Assembly: GCA_963836285.1 (NCBI GenBank)
Contig: CAWIIN010000002.1
Coordinates: 1,650,386 to 1,714,385, forward strand
DNA length: 64,000 nucleotides
Source: an uncultured Acidobacteriota bacterium
Lineage (GTDB): Bacteria > Acidobacteriota > Thermoanaerobaculia > UBA5066
Reading direction: 5' to 3'
Under the pieces are notes generated by a model. That model was given only the letters and a program-made list of their open reading frames with translations, was not told the origin of the DNA and did not search any database. Of this stretch, positions 1 through 7,922 are shown in pieces. Positions within the stretch are counted from its first letter, which is position 1; the number at the start of each line of letters is the position of its first letter. The translations under genes and the position numbers were made by a program.

Positions 1-749
1 CCGACAGCGCGGCCGAGCGCCTCGGCGTGCGGTTCGTTCCCGGCGCGACGGCGGCCGCGCGCGGCCTGCACGCGGCGGAGACGCCGATGCGCCTCGGCTG
101 GCTGGACTCGGTCCGCCTCGGCGACCTGACGCTCACGGACGTGCCGGTGGGCGTCCTTCCGGATGGGACGCTCACGTTCGAGACGGCCTCGCTCGGCGTC
201 TACCGGCTGAACGGCGTCCTCGGCGCGCACCTCATGAAGGAGTTCGACTGGCGCCTCGAGTACATCGAGAAACGTGTCTTCGCGCGGCGCCTCGACCCTG
301 GCGCTCCCCGTGGCTCGAAGGACCAGAACCTGTTCTTCCGCCGCATGAAGCCCATGGTGCGGACGTCGCTGAACGGCCAGCCGTGGTCACTCTTCCTCCT
401 CGACACGGGCTCGGAACCGTCCATGGTCACGCGGGGGGGGCTGCGCAAGACGCGCCTCTTCGAGCCGGAGGCCGCGTATCCCGTCACGCTCGAAGGCATC
501 GGCAAGTCGCGCGTCTCCTGGGGGAAGATCTCGAACGTGACCGTCGGCGTCGACGCCTACATGGTGCGCTTCAAGGACATCGTCGTGAAGGAGGAAGGTG
601 AGGGGCTCGAGGACGGAATCCTCGGGGCCTCCTTCCTCGCGAACTTCGACGTCGAGATCCGGTTCGGGGCGATGACGCTCGTTCTCGAGAACCCCGTCGA
701 GCGGCGGCGGCGGAGCGAGCGCGCTCCGGAGCAGGAGATCCCCCGATAG
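1..749 (+). CDS. Retropepsin-like (clan AA) aspartyl protease domain protein, 5' end outside window
   Basis: ORF 27..749 is open to the window start. It has the single DTGS catalytic motif (LLDTGSEP) typical of bacterial retropepsin-like proteases, and its stop lies 9 nt before the pcm start. Confidence 0.55.
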   Translation, partial: DSAAERLGVRFVPGATAAARGLHAAETPMRLGWLDSVRLGDLTLTDVPVGVLPDGTLTFETASLGVYRLNGVLGAHLMKEFDWRLEYIEKRVFARRLDPGAPRGSKDQNLFFRRMKPMVRTSLNGQPWSLFLLDTGSEPSMVTRGGLRKTRLFEPEAAYPVTLEGIGKSRVSWGKISNVTVGVDAYMVRFKDIVVKEEGEGLEDGILGASFLANFDVEIRFGAMTLVLENPVERRRRSERAPEQEIPR

Positions 750-758
750 AATGACCCC

Positions 759-1508
759 GTGAAGGGGAGGCGAATTCGGCACGGACGGGCGGCACTGGGC
801 GCGTTCGCCCTCCTCGCCGCGACCGCGTGCCGGCCGCCGGTCGATCCGATGGAAAAGAAACGCACGCAGATGGTGGAAACCCAGATCGAGGGGCGCGGGA
901 TCCGCGACCCGCGCGTCCTCGCGGCGATGCGCAAGGTCCCGCGACACCTCTTCGTCCCGGCCGCCGAGGCGGCCGCCGCCTATGACGACCGCCCGCTGCC
1001 GATCGGAAGCGGCCAGACGATCTCGCAGCCCTACGTCGTCGCCTTCATGACCGAGCAGCTCCGTCTCACGGGGACGGAGAGGGTCCTCGAGATCGGCACG
1101 GGCTCGGGCTACCAGACGGCGATCCTCGCCGAGCTCGCCGCGAAGGTTTACTCGATCGAGATCCGTCCCGAGCTCGCGGCGTCGGCCGCGGAGCGACTGC
1201 AGCAGCTCGGGATCCGCAACGTCGAGGTGCGCGCCGCCGACGGTTACCGCGGGTGGCCCGCGGAGGCGCCGTTCGACGGCATCCTCGTGACGGCGGCGCC
1301 GGAGCGCATCCCGCCGCCTCTCCTCGAGCAGCTCTCGGCGACCGGGAGGATGGTGATCCCGGTCGGCGCCTTCTATCAGGAGCTGAAAGTGATCGAAAGA
1401 CAGGGCGGGGGATACACGGAGAAGAGTGTCCTCCCCGTGAGGTTCGTGCCGTTCGTCGGCGAGGCCGAGGGCGCGCCGCGGGTGCCGGAGCCCGGAACGG
1501 GCCGCTGA
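759..1508 (+). CDS. pcm: Protein-L-isoaspartate O-methyltransferase
   Basis: 249 aa with PCMT hallmarks (HLFVP, LEIGTGSGYQTA SAM motif, TISQPY). Confidence 0.9.
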   Translation: MKGRRIRHGRAALGAFALLAATACRPPVDPMEKKRTQMVETQIEGRGIRDPRVLAAMRKVPRHLFVPAAEAAAAYDDRPLPIGSGQTISQPYVVAFMTEQLRLTGTERVLEIGTGSGYQTAILAELAAKVYSIEIRPELAASAAERLQQLGIRNVEVRAADGYRGWPAEAPFDGILVTAAPERIPPPLLEQLSATGRMVIPVGAFYQELKVIERQGGGYTEKSVLPVRFVPFVGEAEGAPRVPEPGTGR

Positions 1509-2384
1509 TGCGAGCCCTGCGGCGCGCGCTGGCGGCGGCGCTCGCCGCCTCGGTCCTCGCCTCCGCGCCGGCGCGCGCCGCCGACGCCGCCGCCCGCCGC
1601 GAACCCGCCGCCGGCCTTCTCTTTCGATGAGGCGGGCGCGCTCGCCGCAGGCGACGCGAAAGGCGTCCTCCTCGCGCCGCTCCGCTGGGACGGGAACGAC
1701 TGGCTGAAGTTCGGCGGTGCCGCCGTCGCCATCACCGCGACGGGATTCCTTCTCGACAACTGGCTCCGGGACGCGTCGCAGCGCAGCCGGACGCCGTCGC
1801 GCGACGAAGCGGCCGTCACGATCGAGAAGCTCGGCGCCGAGTACTCGTTCGCCGTCCTCGGCGGGTTCGCGGTCGTCGGACTCGCCGCGAAGAACCGCGA
1901 GGCGATGGACGTCGCGGTCGACGGCCTCCTCTCGAGCGTGATCGCCGCGGGCGTCGTCGCCCCGGTCTCGAAATTCGCCGTGGGCCGCGCGCGTCCGAAC
2001 GCGGACGAGGGATCCGCCTCATTCCAGCCGTTCTCGTCGAACGCGTCCTTCCCGTCCGGACACACGACGCAGGCCTTCGCGGTCGCGTCCGTCGTCGCGG
2101 CGCACGATCGTCACCTGTGGGTCCGCGTCGTCTCGTACGGCCTCGCGGGCTCCGTCGGCCTCGCGCGCATTCACGAGGACGCGCACTGGACCTCGGACGT
2201 CCTCGCGGGCGCGATCCTCGGAACGGTCGTCGGAAACGCCGTCGTGAAGGTGAACGACGGGATCCGGGCGGGCCGGAGAGCTCCGGACGGCCCTCGCGCG
2301 GGAAGAGCACCCGGCGCGACTCTGGCGCTGTGGCCCGTTTTTCTTCGAAAGGGAGGCGGGCTGTCGGTCGTCGCGTCGTTCTAG
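1508..2384 (+). CDS. PAP2-family phosphatase with apparent frameshift near 1575-1625
   Basis: The ATG at 1508 overlaps the pcm stop (ATGA) and opens a signal peptide (MRALRRALAAALAASVLASAPARA) in frame 2 that terminates at 1630. The PAP2 core (SGHT, RIHEDAHWTSDV) continues in frame 0 from about 1610 to 2384, and frame 0 has no start codon. One indel in the GC-rich run is implied. Confidence 0.5.
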
Positions 2385-2427
2385 GCGGTGTCTGGCGTAC
2401 GTCCCCGGGCTTTCGTAGGATCCCGCC

Positions 2428-2724
2428 GTGGCCTCCGACTCCGAACCACTCGAAGGGATCCAGATTGCCTCTCACCGCGTGGAGCGCGTCGCGGCGCGGG
2501 CCCGCGACGTCTCCCACACGTTTTCGGCGTGGGCGCTCGTCGTCGAAGCGGCGCAGGGGACAGGACGCATCGTGCGCATCGAGGTGACGCCGGACGCCAC
2601 CTTGTGGCGCGGCGACGGCGTCTTCCTCGGCTGGACGACCGATCGGCTCGCGGCGGCCTGGGACGCCCTGCGCGCGGCCGAGCCCGTGCCCGAGGCCAGC
2701 CCGGACTTTCCCCAGCTCGGCTAG
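2428..2724 (+). CDS. Hypothetical small protein
   Basis: 98-aa ORF with protein-like composition, converging on the DUF190 gene. No recognisable domain. Confidence 0.3.
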   Translation: MASDSEPLEGIQIASHRVERVAARARDVSHTFSAWALVVEAAQGTGRIVRIEVTPDATLWRGDGVFLGWTTDRLAAAWDALRAAEPVPEASPDFPQLG

Positions 2725-3074
2725 GCCCTCTTCTTCGGCGCCCAGCGGAGGATCTCGACCTTCTCCATGGTCATGAGGACGCCGCACGCGGCCTCCTCGA
2801 GGATCGGATCGATCCGCTCGAGGAAAGCGCGGACCTTCTCCTCGGTGTCCACGATCTCGACGACGATCGGCAGGTCCTCCGACAGCTCGAGGAGCCGCGC
2901 GCGGTGCACGACGCTGGACGCGCCGAAGGACTCGATGCCCCGGAGGACCGTGGCGCCCGACAGTCCGGCCTCGCGTGCCTCGCCGACGAGGACCTCGAAG
3001 AGCGGCTTGTGCCGCGCGCGGTCCGTCTCGCCGATGTGGATCCGGAGCAGCTTCGCCGACGCGACGTCCTTCAT
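2721..3074 (-). CDS. DUF190 / PII-like protein associated with CrcB fluoride channels
   Basis: Last 117 codons of the 2721..4310 ORF (MKDVASAKLLRIHIGE...). Its start overlaps the crcB stop (ATGA). DUF190 is a known CrcB-associated family. Confidence 0.75.
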   Translation of the reverse strand: MKDVASAKLLRIHIGETDRARHKPLFEVLVGEAREAGLSGATVLRGIESFGASSVVHRARLLELSEDLPIVVEIVDTEEKVRAFLERIDPILEEAACGVLMTMEKVEILRWAPKKRA

Positions 3075-3454
3075 GAGGCGAGCCTCCCGATCGAGCGGCC
3101 GAGCACCGTTCCGAGGAGCCCGAGGAAGACGGAGCCGCCGACGTAGAGCGTCGCGCGAAGAACGTCCTTCACGGTGAGAAGGCCGAGCGTGTCCCACGCG
3201 AAAGACGAGAACGTCGTGAAGCCGCCCAGAATCCCGACCATGAGAAACGTGCGCGCCTCGGGCGAGATGGCCGCGCGCTCGAGCCCGAGCGCGCCGACGA
3301 GGCCGATCGCGAAGCACCCGGCGAGGTTCACGGAGAAGGTGCCCACGGGAAACGGCCCCGGCGCCGTGCGCTGCAGGGCGGAGGCCATCGCGTACCGGCA
3401 CACCGAGCCGATCCCGCCGCCGACGAACACGAGCGCGAAGAAGAACGGCCGCAT
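3071..3454 (-). CDS. crcB: Fluoride ion exporter CrcB/FluC
   Basis: 127 aa, four TM segments, GGFTTFSSF motif characteristic of CrcB. Confidence 0.9.
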   Translation of the reverse strand: MRPFFFALVFVGGGIGSVCRYAMASALQRTAPGPFPVGTFSVNLAGCFAIGLVGALGLERAAISPEARTFLMVGILGGFTTFSSFAWDTLGLLTVKDVLRATLYVGGSVFLGLLGTVLGRSIGRLAS

Positions 3455-3505
3455 CCGCGCGGGACGTTATCAGACGGGGGCGGCCGGCTCGCCGTATGAT
3501 CGCGG

Positions 3506-3562
3506 GAGCGACGGCGATGGAGTCCGCCCGAACCGCCCGGCGAGGGCTGATGACTCCTACCC
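3506..3562 (+). promoter_or_regulatory. Fluoride riboswitch (crcB RNA motif) on plus strand
   Basis: GGCGAUGGAGUCCGCCCGAACCGCCCGGCGAGGGCUGAUGACUCCUACC matches the conserved fluoride aptamer almost base for base (compare Thermotoga GGGCGAUGAGGCCCGCCCAAACUGCCCUGAAAAGGGCUGAUGGCCUCUAC). Its orientation is toward the downstream GTPase gene, not toward crcB. Confidence 0.8.
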
Positions 3563-3581
3563 TCCCCCGGGAGGAGCCGCC
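3559..3581 (+). promoter_or_regulatory. Putative expression-platform hairpin sequestering the Shine-Dalgarno (CCUCCCCCGGGAGGAG) before a TTG start
   Basis: CCTCCC..GGGAGG inverted repeat overlaps the 3' end of the aptamer (CUCCUAC) and contains GGAGG 6-8 nt upstream of TTG at 3582. Confidence 0.45.
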
Positions 3582-5312
3582 TTGTCCGACGACACGAGCC
3601 AGCCTCCAGACGGATCCATCGCGCCGGCCGGCGCGGATCTGGGCGATCTCGCCGCGCTCGCCCGGGAGATCGGAGCCGCCGGCGTCGCCGACGACGCCGA
3701 GGCCGTGGCGCGTCGGGTCGCGGAAGGACGCTTCTACGTCGCGTGCGTCGGCCAGTTCAAGCGCGGTAAATCCACGCTCCTGAACGCGCTCGTCGGCCGC
3801 CCCCTCCTGCCGGTCGGCGTCCTGCCCGTCACGTCCGTCCCGACCGTCCTTCGCTTCGGGGACAGGCTGCGCGCCCGGGTTCTCCTTTCCGGGGGAGAGT
3901 GGCGGGACGTCGACCCCTCTTGCCTGGGCGCGTGGGTCACGGAGGAGAGGAACCCGGGGAACACGCGCGGCGTCGTGGCCGTAGAGGTCTTCGTGCCGAG
4001 CCCGCTGCTCGCCGGCGGGCTGTGCCTCGTCGATACGCCCGGCGTCGGCTCGATCCGGGCCGGAAACACGGCGGCCACGCGCGCGCTCGTCCCCCACGTC
4101 GATGCGGCCGTGGTCGTGCTCGGAGCGGACCCGCCGATCTCCGGAGAGGAGATGGCGCTCGTCGAGGAGATCGCGGCGCACGTCGAGACGCTCGTGTTCG
4201 TCCTCAACAAGGCCGACCGGCTGCCCGCGGGCGACTGCGCCGAAGCCGCGCGCTTCGCCGAGGCGGCACTCACGGGGCGGCTTGGAACGCGCGCGTCCCC
4301 GCTCCTTCACCTGAGCGCGTCGGAAGCGCTTGCGGGGAGCCCGACCCGGGACTGGGAGAGGCTCGAGCGGTCGCTCTCTCTCATGGCCCGGACCTCGGGC
4401 GCGGACCTCGTGAGGATGGCCGGGCGGCGCGCCGCCTCACGGCTCGCCGCCCGGCTTCTCGGGGTGCTCGACGAGCGGCGCGACGCGCTCGTGCGCCCGA
4501 TTGCGGAATCCGAAGGACGGATTGCGGCCCTCGGCGAATCCGTCGCGGCCGCCGAACGCTCGATGGCGGATCTTGGATTTCTTCTGAACGGGGAGGTCGA
4601 AAGGCTCGCCAGGAGATTCGCCGAGCATCGGGACGAATTTCTCGCCGGGGCTGCGGGACCCGCCCGGGAGGAGCTTCGAAAGCAGATCGACGCGCCCCTG
4701 GCCGACTCCGGTGCCGCGCTCCGGGATCGCGCGTCGAACGCGGCGATCGCCATCGCGCGGCGACACCTCGACGCCTGGCTCGCCGACGCGATTCCCGTCG
4801 CCGAGGCGCTCTATCGCGCAACGGCCGAGCGCTTCCTGGCGCTCGGCGACGAGTTTCTTGGGCGCTTTCTCGCGTCGGAAATGGTCGGTCCCGACCGGCT
4901 GCCCCCGGGGCTCGGCCACGAGGCGGGGTTCCGGGCGAAATCAGGGCTCTTCTACACGGAGCTCCTCGCGGTCGCCGAGCCGTCCGTGATCTCCTGGCTC
5001 GCCGACCGCATGCGCCCGGTCGCCGCGACCCGGCGCGCCGTGGCGCGCGACGCGGCGGCCTACCTCGACAGGCTCCTCGCGACGAACAGCGCCCGCGCCC
5101 AGAACGACCTCGTCGAGAGGGTACGGGAGAGCCGGCGCCTCCTCGAGGCCGAGATCCGCGCGCGGCTCGTGGAGGCGCTCCGCTCCGCGACGGGCGCGCT
5201 GGAACGGGCGCGGGCGCGGAGGGCCGAAGGGGACGCGAGCGTGGCCGCCGAGCTGGAGCGGCTTCGGGAGTGGGAGAGCCGTGCGCGACGAGGCTACGGG
5301 CCCGCGCGGTAG
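3582..5312 (+). CDS. Bacterial dynamin-like GTPase (start reassigned to TTG 3582 after the riboswitch)
   Basis: Dynamin-family G1 GQFKRGKSTLLNAL, G3 DTPG and G4 NKAD motifs, plus a long helical C-terminus. The N-terminal 136 codons of ORF 3174..5312 are antisense to crcB and were discarded. Confidence 0.75.
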   Translation: MSDDTSQPPDGSIAPAGADLGDLAALAREIGAAGVADDAEAVARRVAEGRFYVACVGQFKRGKSTLLNALVGRPLLPVGVLPVTSVPTVLRFGDRLRARVLLSGGEWRDVDPSCLGAWVTEERNPGNTRGVVAVEVFVPSPLLAGGLCLVDTPGVGSIRAGNTAATRALVPHVDAAVVVLGADPPISGEEMALVEEIAAHVETLVFVLNKADRLPAGDCAEAARFAEAALTGRLGTRASPLLHLSASEALAGSPTRDWERLERSLSLMARTSGADLVRMAGRRAASRLAARLLGVLDERRDALVRPIAESEGRIAALGESVAAAERSMADLGFLLNGEVERLARRFAEHRDEFLAGAAGPAREELRKQIDAPLADSGAALRDRASNAAIAIARRHLDAWLADAIPVAEALYRATAERFLALGDEFLGRFLASEMVGPDRLPPGLGHEAGFRAKSGLFYTELLAVAEPSVISWLADRMRPVAATRRAVARDAAAYLDRLLATNSARAQNDLVERVRESRRLLEAEIRARLVEALRSATGALERARARRAEGDASVAAELERLREWESRARRGYGPAR

Positions 5313-5318
5313 GTCTGG

Positions 5319-6125
5319 CTAGATCCCTGCCCAGCCGGGCTCGAGGCGCGTCCAGCCCTCCTCGACCGCCCAGAGGTCCATCGCGAGAGAGGCGAGATCG
5401 TCCACCTCGGGAACGGGGCGCGCGTCGAGCGTGAGATCGAGGGATTTCACGTAGCTCCGGCACGTCTCGCAGGCCTCGATCCGCACGGCCGGATGCGCCT
5501 CCGTCCGGAAGTTCGGCAGCTTCGCGGGGTCCTCTTCATGGCATGCGGCGCAACGGATGCGCGCGAACGGCCACTCGGTGCCGCAGAGCGCGCAGGCCAG
5601 CGAGCGCGCGGCCCCGCCCGAGTCCGCGACCTCGCGCCGGACGCTCACGACGGCTCCGTTCCCGCAGGCGGGACAGTGGCCCGGGTGGCGCGGGCGCTCG
5701 AGCGTGACGCCCTGTGAGGCGAGGACCTCGGCGTAGGGCCGCAGGAAGGCGCGCGACAGGTAGTCCTCCCGGGCTTCGCGCTCTCCGCTCCAGTAGACCG
5801 CGAGGCGCGAAAGAGCCGTCTCGTCCGCGTCGGCGTGGCGCGCGGCGGCCGCCTCGGCCAGTTCCGGCGGCCCCTTCTCGGAGGCGTAGGTCAGGAGCGG
5901 CGCGAGGAGGTCGAGGAGGCGCGGGAAGTCGGCGCTCGCCCCCGTGAACGCGACGTCCTCGTGGCGGGCGAGGACGGCCGCCGCGAGCCGCCCCTGGAGC
6001 CGGAAGAGGCCCGACGCGAACGCGAGAGGCTCGGCGACGAGGGGAGCCGAGGCGAGCAGGGTCGTCGCGCGCGCCGCGCGCTTCTCGAACGCCACGGCCG
6101 GATCGAGCGTCGCGTGCACCTCCAC
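5319..6125 (-). CDS. fdhE: Formate dehydrogenase accessory protein FdhE
   Basis: Four CxxC pairs in FdhE arrangement (CPACG, CALCGTEW, CAACHEE, CETCRSY). Located downstream of fdnGHI. Confidence 0.85.
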   Translation of the reverse strand: MEVHATLDPAVAFEKRAARATTLLASAPLVAEPLAFASGLFRLQGRLAAAVLARHEDVAFTGASADFPRLLDLLAPLLTYASEKGPPELAEAAAARHADADETALSRLAVYWSGEREAREDYLSRAFLRPYAEVLASQGVTLERPRHPGHCPACGNGAVVSVRREVADSGGAARSLACALCGTEWPFARIRCAACHEEDPAKLPNFRTEAHPAVRIEACETCRSYVKSLDLTLDARPVPEVDDLASLAMDLWAVEEGWTRLEPGWAGI

Positions 6126-6295
6126 ACGTTATCGCCGGAGCGCCCGAAAGGGAAACCTCTCGACCGGGGCCATCTCGTCGGGCGCGCGTTCGACCTCGAG
6201 AAGACGTCGCCTGGTCGACCTGAGCCCGGGCCGTCGCAAGAGGAAACGGGGGCGCCGGAGCGCCCCCGCGGACGGACCCTCCTGTCGGAGAGGGC

Positions 6296-6988
6296 TTACT
6301 TGTCGAGCCCCATGATCTCCCGGTACCACTTCGGATGGTGGAGCCGAGCCCACGCCTTCGTGACGGTGCCCCGGGTCATCGAGCCGAACGTCCCGGGCTC
6401 GGCCGCGGTGCCGAGGTAGACGTGGAAGACGATCGTGACGGCGAACAGGATGAACGTCACGTCGTGAAGGATGATCGCGATCTCGCGGACGACGTGCGAG
6501 AAGTTGAGCGGGAACCAGAGGACGACGCCCGACGCGAGGAGGCCGAGCGCCGCGAGCGCCGACGTGAAGAAGAAAATCTTCTGGCCTCCGTTGTACTTGC
6601 CGACGTTCGAGTCGTCTGTCTGGTAGCGCATGTACGTGAACAGCTTCGGGCCGATCCAGCTCCTCTCGTCGGGCCTGAGCTCCATCTCGGAGAACCACGC
6701 GACGAGCATCACGAGGGTCGCGAGCGAGAACGCGATGCCCGCCCAGGGATGCAGCCAGCGGCAGACCTGGAGTCCCCCGAAGAGCGGGGCCATCCAGGTG
6801 AAGACCGGCGTCCAGATCGGCAGGCCGGTGAACAGACAGACGATGAACGTGACGGCGACGCACCAGTGGATGACGCGCGAGGAGAGACGGTGGCGGATGA
6901 TTTCGTTCCCGACGACGACGTTCTCGCGGTCGCGGGCCACGACGACCGCTTCGTCCATCGCCCGGTCGCGGATCGGGGCAGCGCTCAT
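6296..6988 (-). CDS. fdnI: Formate dehydrogenase-N gamma subunit (cytochrome b556)
   Basis: 230 aa, four TM helices, conserved His ligands, RHRLSSRVIHW N-terminus typical of FdnI/FdoI. Confidence 0.85.
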   Translation of the reverse strand: MSAAPIRDRAMDEAVVVARDRENVVVGNEIIRHRLSSRVIHWCVAVTFIVCLFTGLPIWTPVFTWMAPLFGGLQVCRWLHPWAGIAFSLATLVMLVAWFSEMELRPDERSWIGPKLFTYMRYQTDDSNVGKYNGGQKIFFFTSALAALGLLASGVVLWFPLNFSHVVREIAIILHDVTFILFAVTIVFHVYLGTAAEPGTFGSMTRGTVTKAWARLHHPKWYREIMGLDK

Positions 6989-7012
6989 GTTGCCTCCTCT
7001 TCTCTCTTCCGC

Positions 7013-7909
7013 TCAGGCCTGCGGCAGGTTGGATTCGGAGTCCGCCGCGCCCTTCACTTCCTTCTTTCCGAAGTTCAGGTAGTGCCCGAAGGCGCCGACG
7101 ACGGCCCCGACGATGGCGACGAGTCCGAGGGGACGGACGACGTTCTTCCAGAACTTCATTCCGATCGGGACGTGCGGATCGCGGGGCAGGCCGCCGTACC
7201 ACTCGGGATGGTCCCCGTGCGCGAGCACGGTGACGACGGTCGTGCCGCTCACGCCCTTCGGGTCGTAGAGCGCGGCGTTCGCGAAGCCGTTCGCCTTGAG
7301 CTGCTCGACGCGATGGTTGCCGAGCGCGACCATGTCGTCCTTCGTCCCGAAGTGGAGGCAGCCGGTCGGGCAGGCCTTGATGCACGCGGGCTCGAGGCCC
7401 ACGGAAACCCGGTCCACGCACAGCGTGCACTTCGCCATCTTCCCCGTAGCGGCGTGGAACTTCGGGACGTCGAACGGACAGCCGGTCGCGCAGTAGCCGC
7501 AGCCGATGCACTGCTCCGGATTCACGTCCACGATGCCATTCGAGTACTGCACGATCGCGCCGGGAGCGGGACACGCCTCGAGGCATCCGGGCTCGGCGCA
7601 GTGCATGCACTGGTCCTTGCGCATGAGCCACATGAGCCCGCCCTCGACCTCACGCTCGTCGAAGCGGATGAGGTTCCAGAAGGACGGGTCGAGCGTCGGC
7701 ATCGTCTGATACGTGCCGGTCTGCGACGTCGGGACGACCCTGAGGTCGTTCCATTCCTGGCAGGCGACCTCGCACGCCTTGCAGCCGATGCAGGTCGACG
7801 TGTCGATGTACTTGGAGACGGTCGGAAGGCTGCGCAGGCCGCTCGCGTTTCCGGACGAGAGGATGCCGGAGGCGGAGGAGCGGGCGATCTCGAGGTTCTG
7901 TACGCTCAT
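7013..7909 (-). CDS. fdnH: Formate dehydrogenase-N beta subunit (4x[4Fe-4S], C-terminal TM anchor)
   Basis: Multiple CxxCxxCxxxC ferredoxin motifs (CIGCKACEVAC, CMHCAEPGC, CIGCGYCATGC, CTLC) and a C-terminal TM helix. Confidence 0.9.
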   Translation of the reverse strand: MSVQNLEIARSSASGILSSGNASGLRSLPTVSKYIDTSTCIGCKACEVACQEWNDLRVVPTSQTGTYQTMPTLDPSFWNLIRFDEREVEGGLMWLMRKDQCMHCAEPGCLEACPAPGAIVQYSNGIVDVNPEQCIGCGYCATGCPFDVPKFHAATGKMAKCTLCVDRVSVGLEPACIKACPTGCLHFGTKDDMVALGNHRVEQLKANGFANAALYDPKGVSGTTVVTVLAHGDHPEWYGGLPRDPHVPIGMKFWKNVVRPLGLVAIVGAVVGAFGHYLNFGKKEVKGAADSESNLPQA

Positions 7910-7922
7910 CGTCGTCCTCCTC

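Noticed and set aside
3174-3581. N-terminal 136 codons of the 3174..5312 ORF
   Set aside because: This region overlaps crcB on the opposite strand and contains the riboswitch. The start was reassigned to TTG 3582, downstream of the aptamer with a GGAGG SD.
2721-4310. 529-aa minus-strand ORF
   Set aside because: Only the last 117 codons (the DUF190 protein) look real. The rest is Arg/Gly-rich antisense to crcB and to the dynamin-like gene, typical of high-GC shadow ORFs.
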